This document shows positions 19,573-31,204 of a DNA stretch of 64,000 nt, piece after piece. The DNA comes from an uncultured Chlamydiae bacterium. GTDB lineage: Bacteria > Chlamydiota > Chlamydiia > Chlamydiales > Parachlamydiaceae. Every line of letters begins with the position of its first letter. Within the stretch, counting starts at the first letter, position 1. The stretch lies in contig CAWHMU010000041.1 in the NCBI GenBank assembly GCA_963830365.1, positions 1 through 64,000 on the forward strand, in the 5' to 3' direction. Under the pieces are notes generated by a model, which was not told the origin of the DNA, searched no databases, and saw only the letters and a list, made by a program, of their open reading frames with translations. The translations under genes were made by a program, and so were the position numbers.

Positions 19573-20079
19573 ATGTCGCAAAAAGATGATACTTCGCTGG
19601 AAATTCGTTATAGCGATCTTAGTGAAGGGCGCTATCTGAAGCAATGGCTGACAGAGCCTAGTATCGGACGGTGGTTCCCTGTGTGCGATGCCGTAGAAAT
19701 TGATGATGCGGTGCATCGCTGGATAGGGTTTAGCCGCTATAAATGCAGTTTGACAGCATTTAAAAATGGGGAGCCCTGTGGCATAGCCACGTTGTATTTG
19801 CAGCCTTATCGCAAGCTTGCGCACCAATGTGAATTCGGCATTATTGTCGGGGATGGCTATCGCGGACAAGGCGTGGGCTCGGAGCTGTTAAAGAATCTAA
19901 TGCATCTGGCTAAGGATCAATTCCGGATTGAATTGCTGCATTTGCAGGTCTATCAAGACAATCCGGCCATGAATCTTTATACGCGCCTTGGCTTTACAGA
20001 ATTTGGCCGCCAGACGCGGTGGATCAAGGAGCTTGATGGAAGCTATACAGGGCGCGTATTCATGGAAAAAGTACTTTAG
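19573..20079 (+). CDS. GNAT N-acetyltransferase
   Basis: YRGQGVG acetyl-CoA motif; NPAMNLYTRLGF. Confidence 0.9.
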   Translation: MSQKDDTSLEIRYSDLSEGRYLKQWLTEPSIGRWFPVCDAVEIDDAVHRWIGFSRYKCSLTAFKNGEPCGIATLYLQPYRKLAHQCEFGIIVGDGYRGQGVGSELLKNLMHLAKDQFRIELLHLQVYQDNPAMNLYTRLGFTEFGRQTRWIKELDGSYTGRVFMEKVL

Positions 20080-20140
20080 AGAGCCACTACAGACACTGAA
20101 ATAATCCTATACCCTAACTCGTTGTGACTGCAATAATCAT

Positions 20141-20806
20141 ATGACAACCATCATCCAACAGCGGCTTGAAAGCCGCTCAGGCCTTAAGTTAAAGCTGAAA
20201 ATAAATGATAATCGCTCAACCATGTTGAGTGTTAAATGGGAGCCCGACTGCACTAAAGTTTCGTTGCATCGCATTTTTCTTGGGGCCCCGAAAAACGTCA
20301 TGGATGCGCTGGTATGTTATTTAAGAAGGGAAGAAGAGACCATAGCGCCCACGGTCAAGGCATTCATCGAAGACAACCTGAAGCAGCTCGACTATTCATG
20401 TCAGATCGATAGCGGCAAACTGTTCAGCCAGGGGAACTTCTATAATTTGCAGCAGATTTTTGACGAATTGAACAAAGAGTATTTCGACGACAAAATAAAC
20501 CTTCGCATTACCTGGTTTGGCAAGTCCGTTCAGCGCAACCGTTCACGCATTATTTTCGGGCTTTATCACCATCCGCTGCGCCTTATCAAGATCAACCGGC
20601 TATTGGACAGCCCCTCATATCCCGACTACTTAGTCTCCTATGTCGTCTATCATGAGATGGTGCATCATATTTGTCCGGCATATTTCGATACCAGAGGGCA
20701 ACATCACATACACAATAAAGAATTTAAGAAAAAAGAGGCTCGTTTTAAGTATTATGACTTAGCGCAGAGCTGGATTAAACGGAATCAGGCAAACTTTTTT
20801 TTATAA
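20141..20806 (+). CDS. SprT/M48-like zinc metalloprotease domain protein
   Basis: YVVYHEMVH...HNKEF. Confidence 0.75.
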   Translation: MTTIIQQRLESRSGLKLKLKINDNRSTMLSVKWEPDCTKVSLHRIFLGAPKNVMDALVCYLRREEETIAPTVKAFIEDNLKQLDYSCQIDSGKLFSQGNFYNLQQIFDELNKEYFDDKINLRITWFGKSVQRNRSRIIFGLYHHPLRLIKINRLLDSPSYPDYLVSYVVYHEMVHHICPAYFDTRGQHHIHNKEFKKKEARFKYYDLAQSWIKRNQANFFL

Positions 20807-20827
20807 TGCATCACCAAGGTAGGCACA

Positions 20828-21562
20828 ATGGCCGGTCACAGTAAATGGGCTAATATAAAGCATAGAAAAGGCAGAGCTGATGCCAAGAAAGGTAAAGCTT
20901 TTTCACGGATAGCTAAAGAAATCATCAGCGCGGTGAAGCTGGGCGGGCCCGATCCTAAAGCCAACCCACGCTTGCGCTTGGCGATCAATAAAGCGCGTGA
21001 AGCCAACCTACCCAACGAAATTGTCGATCGCAATATTAAAAAAGCTTCAAGCGCCGATCAGGCGGATTTTCATGAGCTGACGTATGAGCTTTATGGTTAT
21101 GGCGGAGTAGGCATCATTGTCGATGTGATGACAGATAATAAAAACCGCATCGCCTCAGAAATGCGCATTGCCACAAATAAGCGCGGTGGCACCATCGCCA
21201 ACCCCGGGGCAGTAGCTTTCAACTTTGACCGCAAGGGAGTGATTCAAATTCAAAAGAAGCATGCTGTTGAAGACGAGCTTTTTCTGGCTGCTACGGAAGC
21301 CGGGGCGCAAGATTTCGAATCGGAAGGGGACATGTTCATCATCACCACCGATCCGGCTGATCTGTATGCCGTCAAAGATGCCGTGACACTGCACGGTTTC
21401 AAAACCGATGAGGCTTCCTTAGAAATGATTCCCAAGGTGTATGTAGATTGCAACGCCGAAGATGCCGAAGCTAATTTGGCTTTGATCGAATGGCTGGAGC
21501 AATACGATGATGTCGATGAAGTCTATCATAACATGAATGTGCCTGATGAATTAGCAGAATGA
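20828..21562 (+). CDS. yebC: YebC/PmpR family protein
   Basis: MAGHSKWANIKHRK, YELYGYGGV, TDNKNR, DDVDEVYHN. Confidence 0.97.
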   Translation: MAGHSKWANIKHRKGRADAKKGKAFSRIAKEIISAVKLGGPDPKANPRLRLAINKAREANLPNEIVDRNIKKASSADQADFHELTYELYGYGGVGIIVDVMTDNKNRIASEMRIATNKRGGTIANPGAVAFNFDRKGVIQIQKKHAVEDELFLAATEAGAQDFESEGDMFIITTDPADLYAVKDAVTLHGFKTDEASLEMIPKVYVDCNAEDAEANLALIEWLEQYDDVDEVYHNMNVPDELAE

Positions 21563-22446
21563 TGAAGTTTAAATCTTGGAAGACATTGCTGCTGCTGTGT
21601 GTTTTAATAGGGACGTCGATGGCAGCGTTAGGATTTTTCGAGGCCCAATTCAGGCTCGCCAATATTCAGGTCAGCGGTTTGGCAGAATCAGAGCAAGCCT
21701 TAGATCAGCATCAGCAGCAGGTTTTGGAAGGTATTATCGACCAGCCCTTTGCCTATCTGGACCGCGGCAAGCAAAGCTTCGTCTTCATCAGCCAGGATCG
21801 GCGCTATGTGCTGAAATTTTTTGATGTCCACTGTTTAAAGGGCGGCTTGTCTTCTGTTTTCTCACCGCCGGTTGTCAAATACTGTGAAAGAAGATTGGAT
21901 TCACTTAGAAATGGTTATAGGCTGGCTTTTGAACGCGATCGCGCCCACACCGGTCTGATCTTTGTACAGCTTTTGCCCAATCCTAAGCTCAGTTTGAAAG
22001 TCGATTTGATCGATCGCTTTGGCTGGCGCCATACGATCGACCTTGGTAGTGTGCCTTTCGTCATCCAGCAAAAAGCCATCCCCACACGCGTGATGCTGAC
22101 AGCCCTGCTGGATAAAGGGGAGGTCGCTGAGGCGAAGAGGCGTTTAAGACAAATCATAGACCTTTATATCGAAGAATATCATATCGGCATTTACGATCGA
22201 GATCACAACTTCATGTACAATACCGGCTTCATCGACGAAAGTCCCATCCGCATTGATGTCGGCAGATTGCGGGCTGATGCACGCATACACGAGCCGACAG
22301 TTTTTTTGCAGGATCTTCGAAAAATAGCTTTACACCGTACCGGCGAGTGGATGCAACGCCATTTTCCCGCCTATCGCGATGAAATCCTGGCAGACATGGA
22401 GGCCAAGCTGCGTGAGGTGGTAGAGACAGGAAATAATTTACCATAG
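21559..22446 (+). CDS. Membrane-anchored hypothetical protein, kinase-like fold suspected
   Basis: N-terminal hydrophobic segment; LDRGKQSFVF, YVLKFF, DRDHN..N, IDVG. Confidence 0.55.
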   Translation: MMKFKSWKTLLLLCVLIGTSMAALGFFEAQFRLANIQVSGLAESEQALDQHQQQVLEGIIDQPFAYLDRGKQSFVFISQDRRYVLKFFDVHCLKGGLSSVFSPPVVKYCERRLDSLRNGYRLAFERDRAHTGLIFVQLLPNPKLSLKVDLIDRFGWRHTIDLGSVPFVIQQKAIPTRVMLTALLDKGEVAEAKRRLRQIIDLYIEEYHIGIYDRDHNFMYNTGFIDESPIRIDVGRLRADARIHEPTVFLQDLRKIALHRTGEWMQRHFPAYRDEILADMEAKLREVVETGNNLP

Positions 22447-22447
22447 A

Positions 22448-22538
22448 GCCGCAGCGAGCGCCGAGGAAGCGCAGAGAATTTTTTCTTCACAAAAGTTCCC
22501 TCCGCGTTTTCACAGTGTTCTCAGTGTCTCTGCGGTAA
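22448..22538. repeat. Degenerate short-period inverted repeat (cgcagag family)
   Basis: ccgcagcgagcgccgaggaagcgcagag ... ctcagtgtctctgcggt. Confidence 0.6.
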
Positions 22539-22733
22539 ACTACCTACTCAAGATTTCAGAGAGATTGGAAATAATTGACTTTCGGATTTTTCCATGATAC
22601 TTTGCTCTCGACAATGTTTTTAACACTTGAAGATTGAGATAACAGAACAGAAATCATAGAACTTCATAAGCCGCAGGAACGACACTTGCCGTGTTCCTAG
22701 GGAAACAGTTCGTCAATACAGAGCAGAAAGATC

Positions 22734-23852
22734 GTGATTATTGGAATTCCAAAAGAAATCAAAGTACATGAATATCGCGTCGGTGCCACTCCAGCCATGG
22801 TGCGTCTGTTTGTAGACCATGGACACCACGTTGTTGTGCAAAGCCAGGCTGGCGCCAAGATAGGCTTCTCTGATGATGACTATCGCAGTGCCGGAGCCTC
22901 TGTAGCCCCATCGGCGGCAGAGATTTATCAATGTGAAATGGTGATCAAGGTTAAAGAGCCGCAGCAAGCAGAGTTTTCGCTGCTTAAAGAAGGGCAAATC
23001 CTCTTCTGCTATCTCCACCTGGCTCCGGATCCTATCCAAACAAAGCATCTCGTTGAAAAGAAAGTTGTCGCCATTGCCTATGAGACGGTGGTTGATGCCA
23101 AAGGGCGTCTGCCACTCTTGACGCCGATGAGCGAGGTGGCAGGACGCATCTCCATCCAGGTGGGTGCAACAGCGTTGCAGATGAACTATGGCGGCAAAGG
23201 CGTCCTGCTTGGCGGTGTTCCCGGGGTGCTGGCGGCAAAGGTGGCCATCATCGGCGGCGGCGTTGTCGGCACTGAAGCTGCCCGCATGGCCATGGGCATG
23301 GGAGCTAGCGTGACCATTATCGATAAGGATGTGAACCGCCTGCGCGAACTGGATGCTTTGTTCGGTCCGCTGCTCGGCACGCTTTATTCAACGCCTTTAG
23401 ATATCGAAGCTGCCGTCAAAGAGGCTGATCTTGTCATTGGCGCTGTATTGATCCCTGGGAAAACCGCCCCGCGGCTGGTCACCAGGGAGATGATAAAGAA
23501 GATGACGCCGGGTGCGGTCGTCGTCGACGTCTCGATAGACCAGGGGGGATGTTTTGAAACATCACGGCCGACGACGCATGCCGAGCCGACATATGTCGAG
23601 GAGGGGGTTGTGCACTACTGCGTGACCAATATGCCAAGCACCTGCGCGCACACATCTACATTGGCGTTGACACATGCCACCTTGAGCTACGCCTTGGCGA
23701 TAGCCGACAAGGGGTATGTCAAGGCTTTGACAGACAACCCCGGCTTACGTCAGGGTCTTAATGTGTGCTTAGGAAGCGTTACTAATGAGTCGGTAGCGCA
23801 TGACCTGGGCTATCAATATGTTCCGACTGAAACCATGCTGCAGATGCAATGA
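22734..23852 (+). CDS. ald: Alanine dehydrogenase
   Basis: [45 protein letters not shown]. Confidence 0.97.
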   Translation: MIIGIPKEIKVHEYRVGATPAMVRLFVDHGHHVVVQSQAGAKIGFSDDDYRSAGASVAPSAAEIYQCEMVIKVKEPQQAEFSLLKEGQILFCYLHLAPDPIQTKHLVEKKVVAIAYETVVDAKGRLPLLTPMSEVAGRISIQVGATALQMNYGGKGVLLGGVPGVLAAKVAIIGGGVVGTEAARMAMGMGASVTIIDKDVNRLRELDALFGPLLGTLYSTPLDIEAAVKEADLVIGAVLIPGKTAPRLVTREMIKKMTPGAVVVDVSIDQGGCFETSRPTTHAEPTYVEEGVVHYCVTNMPSTCAHTSTLALTHATLSYALAIADKGYVKALTDNPGLRQGLNVCLGSVTNESVAHDLGYQYVPTETMLQMQ

Positions 23853-26682
23853 CTATGCGTTATATTATTGGCATTGATCTGGGGACGACAAATTCCTGCG
23901 TGGCATACATCGATACCAAAGATGCCAAGGCGGCGGTGCAATCGTTCAAAATCCCCCAGCTTTTTGCCGAAGGGCATATCGAAACATTGGCGACGCTGCC
24001 ATCTTTTTGCTATCTGGCCGCTCCCCATGAATGGCCAAAGGGCTCGCTCAGCCTGCCATGGGATTCCCTAAATAAATCCCAGGGTCAATCCCCAGCTGAA
24101 TTCTTTGTCGGCACCTTTGCCCGCTCACAAGGGGCCAAGGTGCCAACGCGCCTGGTGCAGTCGGCCAAAAGCTGGCTATGCCATCCCGCCGCCAACCGGC
24201 GCGACAAAATCCTGCCGATAGAAGCAGCCGACGAAGAAGCGCGTATCAGCCCGCTCGAGGCGACAGCGCGCTATCTGCGCCATATCCGCGACGCCTGGAA
24301 TGACGGCATGGCCAAAGGGGATGCCGAAGGGGACTTCGACAGCCAGGAGATCGTATTGACCGTACCGGCGTCATTTGATGAGGTCGCCAGGACCTTGACG
24401 GTGGAAGCCGCCAGGAAGGCAGGCTTTGTGCAGATGACGCTGCTAGAAGAACCGCAGTCAGCATTTTATAGCTGGATCGCCCAGCATGAAGAGCGCTGGC
24501 AGCAGCTTGTTAAGGCTGGGGCTGTCATCTTGGTGTGCGATGTGGGAGGGGGAACGACGGATTTCAGCCTAATCGATGTCGTTCCCAAGGGAGATACGCT
24601 GTCATTCCAGCGCATGGCGGTGGGGGACCATCTGCTGCTTGGCGGCGACAATATGGATGCCGCCATCGCGCACCATATCGAAGAAAAGCTTATCCAGAAA
24701 GGGTATGAGCTTAATGCCATAAGACGCCTGCAGCTGGTACATGAAGCACGCCAGGCTAAAGAGGTCCTGTTGCAAATAGCGAAAGGCAAGGAAGTTCCCC
24801 CTGATTTTTATCGAGTTGTTCTTCAGGGGACAGGATCGCATGTCGTGCAGGGTACGCTTGGTGTCGATATTTTCAGGAGCGAGCTGCAAGAGCTATTGCT
24901 GAAAGGTTTTTTTGGGCAATATGCCTGGAGTGACGCCCTGAAAGTGCGCAAGACCACAGGCCTGCGCACCATGGGCTTGCCTTATGAGGCTGAGCCTTCG
25001 ATCATTAAGCATATCGCGCATTTCCTGGCTGAAAGCGGCACTCCGGGCGACGGACCAAAAGTGCCTGATTTTATTTTGTTTAATGGCGGCGCGATGAAGC
25101 CCCCCCTTTCCAGGAGGCTGTCACCACCGCCCTGCGGCGCTGGTTTCCGGGCAAAGAATTTGCTGTTTTGCCGTCCTACAATCTGGATCTGGCCGTCGCC
25201 CGTGGCGCCGCCTATTATGGCAAGGTGCGTCGTGGCATGGGCGTCAAGATCGGCGGCGGCATGGCGCGCGGATATTATCTGGTGTTGGATAGGCAGGATC
25301 AGCAAGGCGCGATGCAGCAACAGGCCTTGACATTATTGCCACGCGGCAGTGAAGAGGGGGATGTCTATGAACCCGCCACCACCTTTCTGCTAACCCCCAA
25401 CACGCCTGTATCCTTTCAGCTTGCCACCTCGCATGTACGCCTGCATGATGCCGCCGGGGATTTAGTTCCTATCGATGCCGAAGAGATGCATCTGCTGCCC
25501 CCCATCCATACCATTTTGCGCTACGGCAGGCGCCTGGCCACCGAAACGGCGCCGGAAAAAATTCCTATTCACTTGCAAATCACCCTGACACCTATCGGAA
25601 CGGTAGAAATAGCCTTGAAATCGCTGAAGACAGAGCATCGCTGGTCTTTAGAATTCCAAGTGCGCAGCGCAAGCGGGCAGGACAACAGCATGTCGATTCT
25701 CAACAAGCAGCAGGCCGACCAGACGTTTGACATGAACTTCATCAAACCTGCCGAAATAGTGATCAGAGAGACTTTTAGTTCGTCTCCCAATGCCGAACGC
25801 TCCGCGGCCAAACCCGAAAGGCTGATGGAAAAGCTCGAAGAGGTTTTGGCCATGCCGCGCCGCGATTGGCCGCCGAGTGTCATGCGCGGCCTAGCCGATG
25901 CCGCTTTAAAACTCTCCATGCAGCGCAATATTTCCCAAGAGCATGCCGCCCGCTGGTGGAATCTGATAGGCTTTTTGCTCCGTCCGGGCTTCGGCTACCC
26001 CCTGGATGACTTCCGCCTGCGGGACCTTTGGAAAGTTATTTTGAGCGAATACAAAAGCCCGTTGTCATCAGAAGTGCAGCTGCAGATCTATATCTGCACC
26101 CGCCGCATTGCCGGCGGTCTGGGCAAAGGGCAGCAGCTGCAGTTGGCAAGTGATTTGATAGCCTCCTTGTTCAACAAAAAATCAGGCCGCATCGACATCA
26201 AAAGCAAAGCTGAACTTTATCCCTATTCCGAAAGAATACGCGCTTTTGCCGCGCTAGAGCTCATCGACAACCCTCTAAAGCTGCGTCTGGGCAATGCCAT
26301 CATCGCGCGGCTTAAAGCCGGCGAGGGGATTTCGGCCGACTATTGGGCGCTAGGACGCCTCGGCGCCCGCCATCTGCTTTATGGTTCACTTGTCAATGTG
26401 ATCACCCGCGACCAGTGTCAACAGTGGGTTGAACAGCTATTGGCGGCCGCCCTTCCTACCGATGAGCAGCTGGCATTTTTGCTGGGGCAGCTGGCCCGCA
26501 AGACCGAGCATCGCGAAGTCAATCTTTCCAGAGATTGCATCGACAAGATCTTAAAGCGTTTCGTTGGCAGCGCCAATGTTGAAAGGCTTGAGCAGCTGCT
26601 TTTACAAGAAAACTTCCTCACCCAGTCGGAGCAGGAACAAGCCTTCGGCGATCGCCTCCCTTCAGGCTTGCAGATGATGTAA
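23849..26682 (+). CDS. Hsp70-family protein with C-terminal DUF3731-like domain (single frameshift near 25107)
   Basis: IGIDLGTTNS, TVPASFD, DVGGGTTD, LGGDNMD, AVARGAAYYG, WWNLIGFLLRPGFG. The two ORFs join if one base is added in C7T3. Confidence 0.85.
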
Positions 26683-26684
26683 AG

Positions 26685-26790
26685 TTGTCTAATTTCGCTG
26701 CATTCCACGTTCGCAATCCAGCGCAAAGCGGAGCAGAGTGGACCCCTTCCATATCGAGAGATAACGTGGAATGCAGCGAAATAAGACTAA
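26685..26790. repeat. Inverted repeat pair
   Basis: tctaatttcgctgcattccacgtt / aacgtggaatgcagcgaaataaga. Confidence 0.8.
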
Positions 26791-26867
26791 ACGATTTTCG
26801 ATCTGCTATTTGATCGGAAGGCAAGGAGCCAGGTTTATATGCGGTTTTTTTCCTCTTATGCTGCTAG

Positions 26868-27023
26868 TTTCTTTGTGCCTTTGCGCCTTGTGCCGCTTCT
26901 TTGTGTTGAATTTAGGTCATAAACAATTCTTTGCTTATTAAAGATCTAATATATCATCCCGTGGTGTGCTAGTGACATAAATTTAACACAAAGAAATGGC
27001 ACGGACGCAAAGGCGCAAAGGAA
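26868..27023. repeat. Short-period inverted repeat (cgcaaagg family)
   Basis: ctttgtgcctttgcgccttgtgcc...tttgtgttgaattt / aaatttaacacaaag...ggcacggacgcaaaggcgcaaag. Confidence 0.8.
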
Positions 27024-27339
27024 GGCAAGGGAAAGGCCTTTTCTATATGGGGAAACAATCTGGTATACAACACAATGGTAATAGGCGTCTTACGATTTGT
27101 TATTTAGGAGATCGCAAAGATACAAAGAAAGCAAATACCAAGACCACAGAGATACAGGGGCATAGAGAGCGTGTTACACAGACGCTTGTCAAATCTTTTT
27201 GATGAAAAGCCCCTGTCGCTTAGTTGGTTATAATTATAGGTAAGTGTTAGTAATATGATTTATTATAAAATAAGTAATTGTCGTTAAATAGAAATGTTGT
27301 TATAATTAGATTGTAATTCGCGGTTTTTTTAATATTAAG

Positions 27340-27738
27340 ATGATGTGTTATATGAGCGTAGGTTTAGGCGGATCATCGCCCTCTTGGGATGACCAATACA
27401 GATCTAACACAGACTCACCTACCAACGTGGGTTGTGGGTACAAATCCAATACAGACTCACCTAGCAACGTGAGTAGTGAATCGTCGGAAGTATCTTCCCG
27501 TGAAAGGACACCAGCGGACAAAATGGATCAAGCAGCCGACAAGAGTTCGATGCAAATGAAAACATTTCTAACCGGCCAAGCAGACAAATCGAATTTGCCA
27601 AAGAACCCCGATCCTGATGCTGGCAAACATACCGTCAAAGTGCGCACGGGGAAGGCATTCTCTTTTAAGGCGGAACACACTGCTATGGGACGTGATCATT
27701 GGGACAGTATTAGATCTAAAGGCCCTCAAAAGGACTAG
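27340..27738 (+). CDS. Ser-rich hypothetical protein, candidate effector
   Basis: Internal duplication YRSNTDSPTNV/YKSNTDSPSNV; AT-rich upstream region. Confidence 0.55.
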   Translation: MMCYMSVGLGGSSPSWDDQYRSNTDSPTNVGCGYKSNTDSPSNVSSESSEVSSRERTPADKMDQAADKSSMQMKTFLTGQADKSNLPKNPDPDAGKHTVKVRTGKAFSFKAEHTAMGRDHWDSIRSKGPQKD

Positions 27739-27813
27739 GAGGGATCTGGTTTCTCTTTTTTAATCTTTCTCTTTGATCCTGAGTTTGTGGTTAATGAGAA
27801 TTTAGGAGGTTTT

Positions 27814-29100
27814 ATGGCTGGTGCAAGTGATCTACATCTTCGTATTTCAAAAAATGACCAAATAATTAGTATCGACCTTTGTCCTAACCTCAAGAATTCC
27901 GAAGAAAAACCAGTGACCGTTGGAGGAATAACCTATTCTTTGTGCGGCACTGCCGATCAAGTAAAACTTTTCACGACTTTTTTCAGCCAATTGCCGCCTG
28001 TTGCATTCCGTTCCGTTGAATCTTTAAAAGCCGCTTGTTTGCTACATCAAATGGTCGATCAAATTGCCATCAGCACATCAAATAAAGTCAATTCAGTAGG
28101 TATAGAGAGCATTAAGGGAGAGAAAAAATTTGACCTGTACAAAGTAGTGAATGATGTCTGTGAAGCTATAAAGGGGAACTATGTTTTTCCAAAAATAGGA
28201 GAACAGTGCGTTAAATATTTGCAAAATGAGCTGAAGACTGGAGGATATCAACATATTTATGATCCGGAAGTACTGGCAGCTGCGATCTCCGCAGATCTAC
28301 GGTTGATTTCTGAAGATAAACATCTTAGCTTACATTTTCCGAAACCAAAAGAGGAGGCCGAATCGAAGACAGATTTGCAAGGAGGGGATGCTTACACCCA
28401 AGCTGAAGGTGCCAATTTTGGGTTAGTGACTAAAATTCTCTCCGTTGATTCCGTTGATAATAATGATTATCAGATTGGCTACCTATCTCTCAGCTGTTTT
28501 GGAGCTGTTACTGAAAGTAAAGACCCTGATCCAAAACACGAAGAACAGTTAAACGCAAACGCTGCGGCGCGCCGGAAAGCTGTTATAAAAGCCGTCGATT
28601 CACTCAAAACGACAAGCGGCATCATCATCGATCTACGCAATAATGGCGGAGGCAGTCCTGAAGCGGTCCAATTACTTTGCAGTTGTTTCTTAGATGCAGG
28701 CATCCCTCTTAATACGATCAGAAGCCGTCCACCAAATTCAGATGATTTTGTGGTCGAAGAATACAATACGCTTTCTCATTCGGGACTTAAGCGCGATGCG
28801 CAATTACTCAAGACACCCCTTTATGTCCTGGTCAGTCATAAGACATTTTCTGCCGCTGAAGAATTTACCAATAACCTTAAAGTACTTGGCAGAGCGAAAA
28901 TCATTGGAGAGGTGACTGGAGGGGGAGCCAATCCTGGAGGAGCCTATCCAGTAGATAAAAAATTTCAGCTTTTTGTTCCTCATGGACAATCTATCAATCC
29001 CTATGATGGTTCTAATTGGGAGGGCGTGGGCGTCATTCCTGATCACGTTGTTCCGGCCGACTCCGCTTTGGAGGAATGCCTTAAGCTACATGCCGGCTAG
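27814..29100 (+). CDS. S41-family peptidase (IRBP-like) with N-terminal extension
   Basis: AGGAGG RBS; IIDLRNNGGG, TFSAAEEF, IGEVTGGGA, WEGVGVIPD. Confidence 0.9.
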   Translation: MAGASDLHLRISKNDQIISIDLCPNLKNSEEKPVTVGGITYSLCGTADQVKLFTTFFSQLPPVAFRSVESLKAACLLHQMVDQIAISTSNKVNSVGIESIKGEKKFDLYKVVNDVCEAIKGNYVFPKIGEQCVKYLQNELKTGGYQHIYDPEVLAAAISADLRLISEDKHLSLHFPKPKEEAESKTDLQGGDAYTQAEGANFGLVTKILSVDSVDNNDYQIGYLSLSCFGAVTESKDPDPKHEEQLNANAAARRKAVIKAVDSLKTTSGIIIDLRNNGGGSPEAVQLLCSCFLDAGIPLNTIRSRPPNSDDFVVEEYNTLSHSGLKRDAQLLKTPLYVLVSHKTFSAAEEFTNNLKVLGRAKIIGEVTGGGANPGGAYPVDKKFQLFVPHGQSINPYDGSNWEGVGVIPDHVVPADSALEECLKLHAG

Positions 29101-29134
29101 GTTGTTATCTGAAACTTCACTTGATTCGGAGTGG

Positions 29135-29226
29135 GTTTACCGCCGAGCCGGCAAGGGCGCAAAGGGAACGCAGAGAATTTCTTCCCTCTGCGTTTCCTCT
29201 GCGCCCTCGGCGGCTCGGCGGTAAAC
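29135..29226. repeat. Short-period inverted repeat
   Basis: gtttaccgccgagccg...aacgcagag / ctctgcgtt...cggctcggcggtaaac. Confidence 0.85.
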
Positions 29227-29654
29227 AACCTAGTGTGCACTAAAATTGGAGGGAATGCCACAAAAGCCCACAGAAGGTTTAGGGTTAAATATTGTTGAAA
29301 AGAAAATATTGATTTTGGTAAGCTTTGAAGCAAGGGAATATTCCCTTTAAAAACCAGGAGTTTTTTTATGAATCGCATGGAAGCCTTTGGCCTATGTCGG
29401 TCAAAGCGATTAGCCTCTTTAATAAATAAGTCTTGTTTCTTCTTTTCTTTAGTCTCTGGCTGCCGCCATCATCATTTCCACCATCATCATTCTTGCTAGA
29501 TTTTGCTTAGCTTAAGCAAACCTTTAGCGCTTTTTTAAAATTACATTTTTTTCATAGACAAACGTTTTTGCGCCTTGCTGTCGTCGAGTTCACGCCTGTT
29601 GAACTGACGCTTAGGCGCATAAGATTTATTAACTTTTCTACCATCAAGGTGGTT

Positions 29655-31028
29655 ATGAATTTTTTTGCATTTATGCTATTTCTTTTTGGCCTCCAGGCGG
29701 TATGCCTGGTGGTAGGCCGAAAATCATCCAAAGGGATGGCTAGCCAGGAGGATTACTTCTTGGCCGGCAAAGGCATCCGCTTCTTTCCGCTGCTGATGAC
29801 CTTTATCGCCACGCAGATCGGCGGGGGGCTCATCCTCGGTTCGGCCGAAGAGGCTTACCGTGTTGGTTGGAGCGTACTGCTCTATCCCTTAGGGCAGTCG
29901 CTTGGCTTTGTCTTGCTCGGCCTCGGAGTGGGACGCAAGCTGGCGCAATTCAAGGTATCGACCATTGCGCAGATCTTTGAGGTGGCTTATGGCTCTGTGG
30001 CGCTCAAGAAGCTGGCGTCGCTGTTTTCCATGGCGTCGCTATTTTTGATTTTCGTTGCCCAGGTAATCGCTTCAAACAAGTTTATGCTCAGTCTAGGCGT
30101 CGACAGCCGTTTTTGGTTCATGGCTTTTTGGGGCATCGTCATCTTTTATACCGCCATGGGAGGATTAAAAGCCGTGGTCGCCACAGATATCATCCAGGCG
30201 ACGTTTTTCTTGGCAGCCTTTATCATCTGCTTCGGTTATGTGGTCTATGCCAGTGAGGTGCCTATGTCACAGCTGGTAGCTAGTGGAGAAGGTAGCAGGC
30301 AGTTCTCGGTTGATCCTGAAAAACTTTGCGGCTGGCTGTTGATGCCGCTGCTTTTTATGGCTATTGAGCAGGATATGGGACAGCGCTGCTTTGCGGCCGA
30401 ATCGACGGGCATTATTACACGGGCGACGTGGTGTGCTGCCGGCGTGACCTTTGGCATATGCCTGATTCCGGTTTCTTTAGGTATTTTGGCCAGACACCTC
30501 CAGATCAGCGTGCCGGAGGGGGCAAGCGTGTTGATGACCATGCTCAAGCAGGCAAGTACGCCAACCCTGACGGCTTTAGCCGGCTGTGCCATTTTAGCCG
30601 CCATCATCTCAACGGCCGATTCTTTGCTCAATGCGATTGGTTCAAATCTATCCCAGGATTTTGATTTGCCCTTTCTAAAGAGCCAGCATATAAGGTGCTC
30701 GCAGGCGTTGACAGCCACGATTGCGTTGCTGGGCATCGCTGTGTCATTTTCTTTTGATAATGTGGTCGGCGTGATGATTCAAAGTTATGAGCTGTCGGTA
30801 TGCTGCCTGTTTGTGCCTATCATCGCCGCCCTGTATTGGAAGCAGGGGAGTGCCTTGCCGGCCGCTTTGGCTATGCTCGGCGGCGCGGTGGGCTTTGTGC
30901 TTTTCCGCCTGGTGCCTGCGCCCCTGCCAAAAGAACTGGCCGGCGTCTTGCTCTCGTTTGTCGGCTTTGGCTTGGGGAAGCTCCTTGCTAGGAACCAATG
31001 CATGGCCATGCCAGCCGAAGAGGGATAA
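29655..31028 (+). CDS. Sodium:solute symporter family protein
   Basis: DYFLAGK, YTAMGGLKAVVATDIIQ, AAIISTADS. Confidence 0.93.
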   Translation: MNFFAFMLFLFGLQAVCLVVGRKSSKGMASQEDYFLAGKGIRFFPLLMTFIATQIGGGLILGSAEEAYRVGWSVLLYPLGQSLGFVLLGLGVGRKLAQFKVSTIAQIFEVAYGSVALKKLASLFSMASLFLIFVAQVIASNKFMLSLGVDSRFWFMAFWGIVIFYTAMGGLKAVVATDIIQATFFLAAFIICFGYVVYASEVPMSQLVASGEGSRQFSVDPEKLCGWLLMPLLFMAIEQDMGQRCFAAESTGIITRATWCAAGVTFGICLIPVSLGILARHLQISVPEGASVLMTMLKQASTPTLTALAGCAILAAIISTADSLLNAIGSNLSQDFDLPFLKSQHIRCSQALTATIALLGIAVSFSFDNVVGVMIQSYELSVCCLFVPIIAALYWKQGSALPAALAMLGGAVGFVLFRLVPAPLPKELAGVLLSFVGFGLGKLLARNQCMAMPAEEG

Positions 31029-31050
31029 GGGGAAGGTATGTTCTGATCTC

Positions 31051-31186
31051 AAAGGACGAAGCGGACGGAGCGGACAGCAGCCAATGGACGAAGCGGACGT
31101 TTATTGACGTCAGGCACAGTCGCGATTATGACGCAGTTGTCCGCTTCGTTCATTGGCTGCTGTCCGCTCTGTCCGCTTTGTTCTTT
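31051..31186. repeat. 9-bp-period inverted repeat (ggacgaagc) between convergent genes
   Basis: aaaggacgaagcggacggagcggacagcagccaatggacgaagcggac, with its near-complement at 31139-31186. Confidence 0.9.
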
Positions 31187-31204
31187 CCGACTCAGGCACG
31201 GCGG

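Noticed and set aside
25095..25115. Frameshift in the Hsp70-like gene as programmed recoding or phase variation
   Set aside because: One missing base in a C7T3 run. The same one-base-loss pattern can explain yidC, pkn1 and LysR, pointing to long-read indel error; read pileups are needed.
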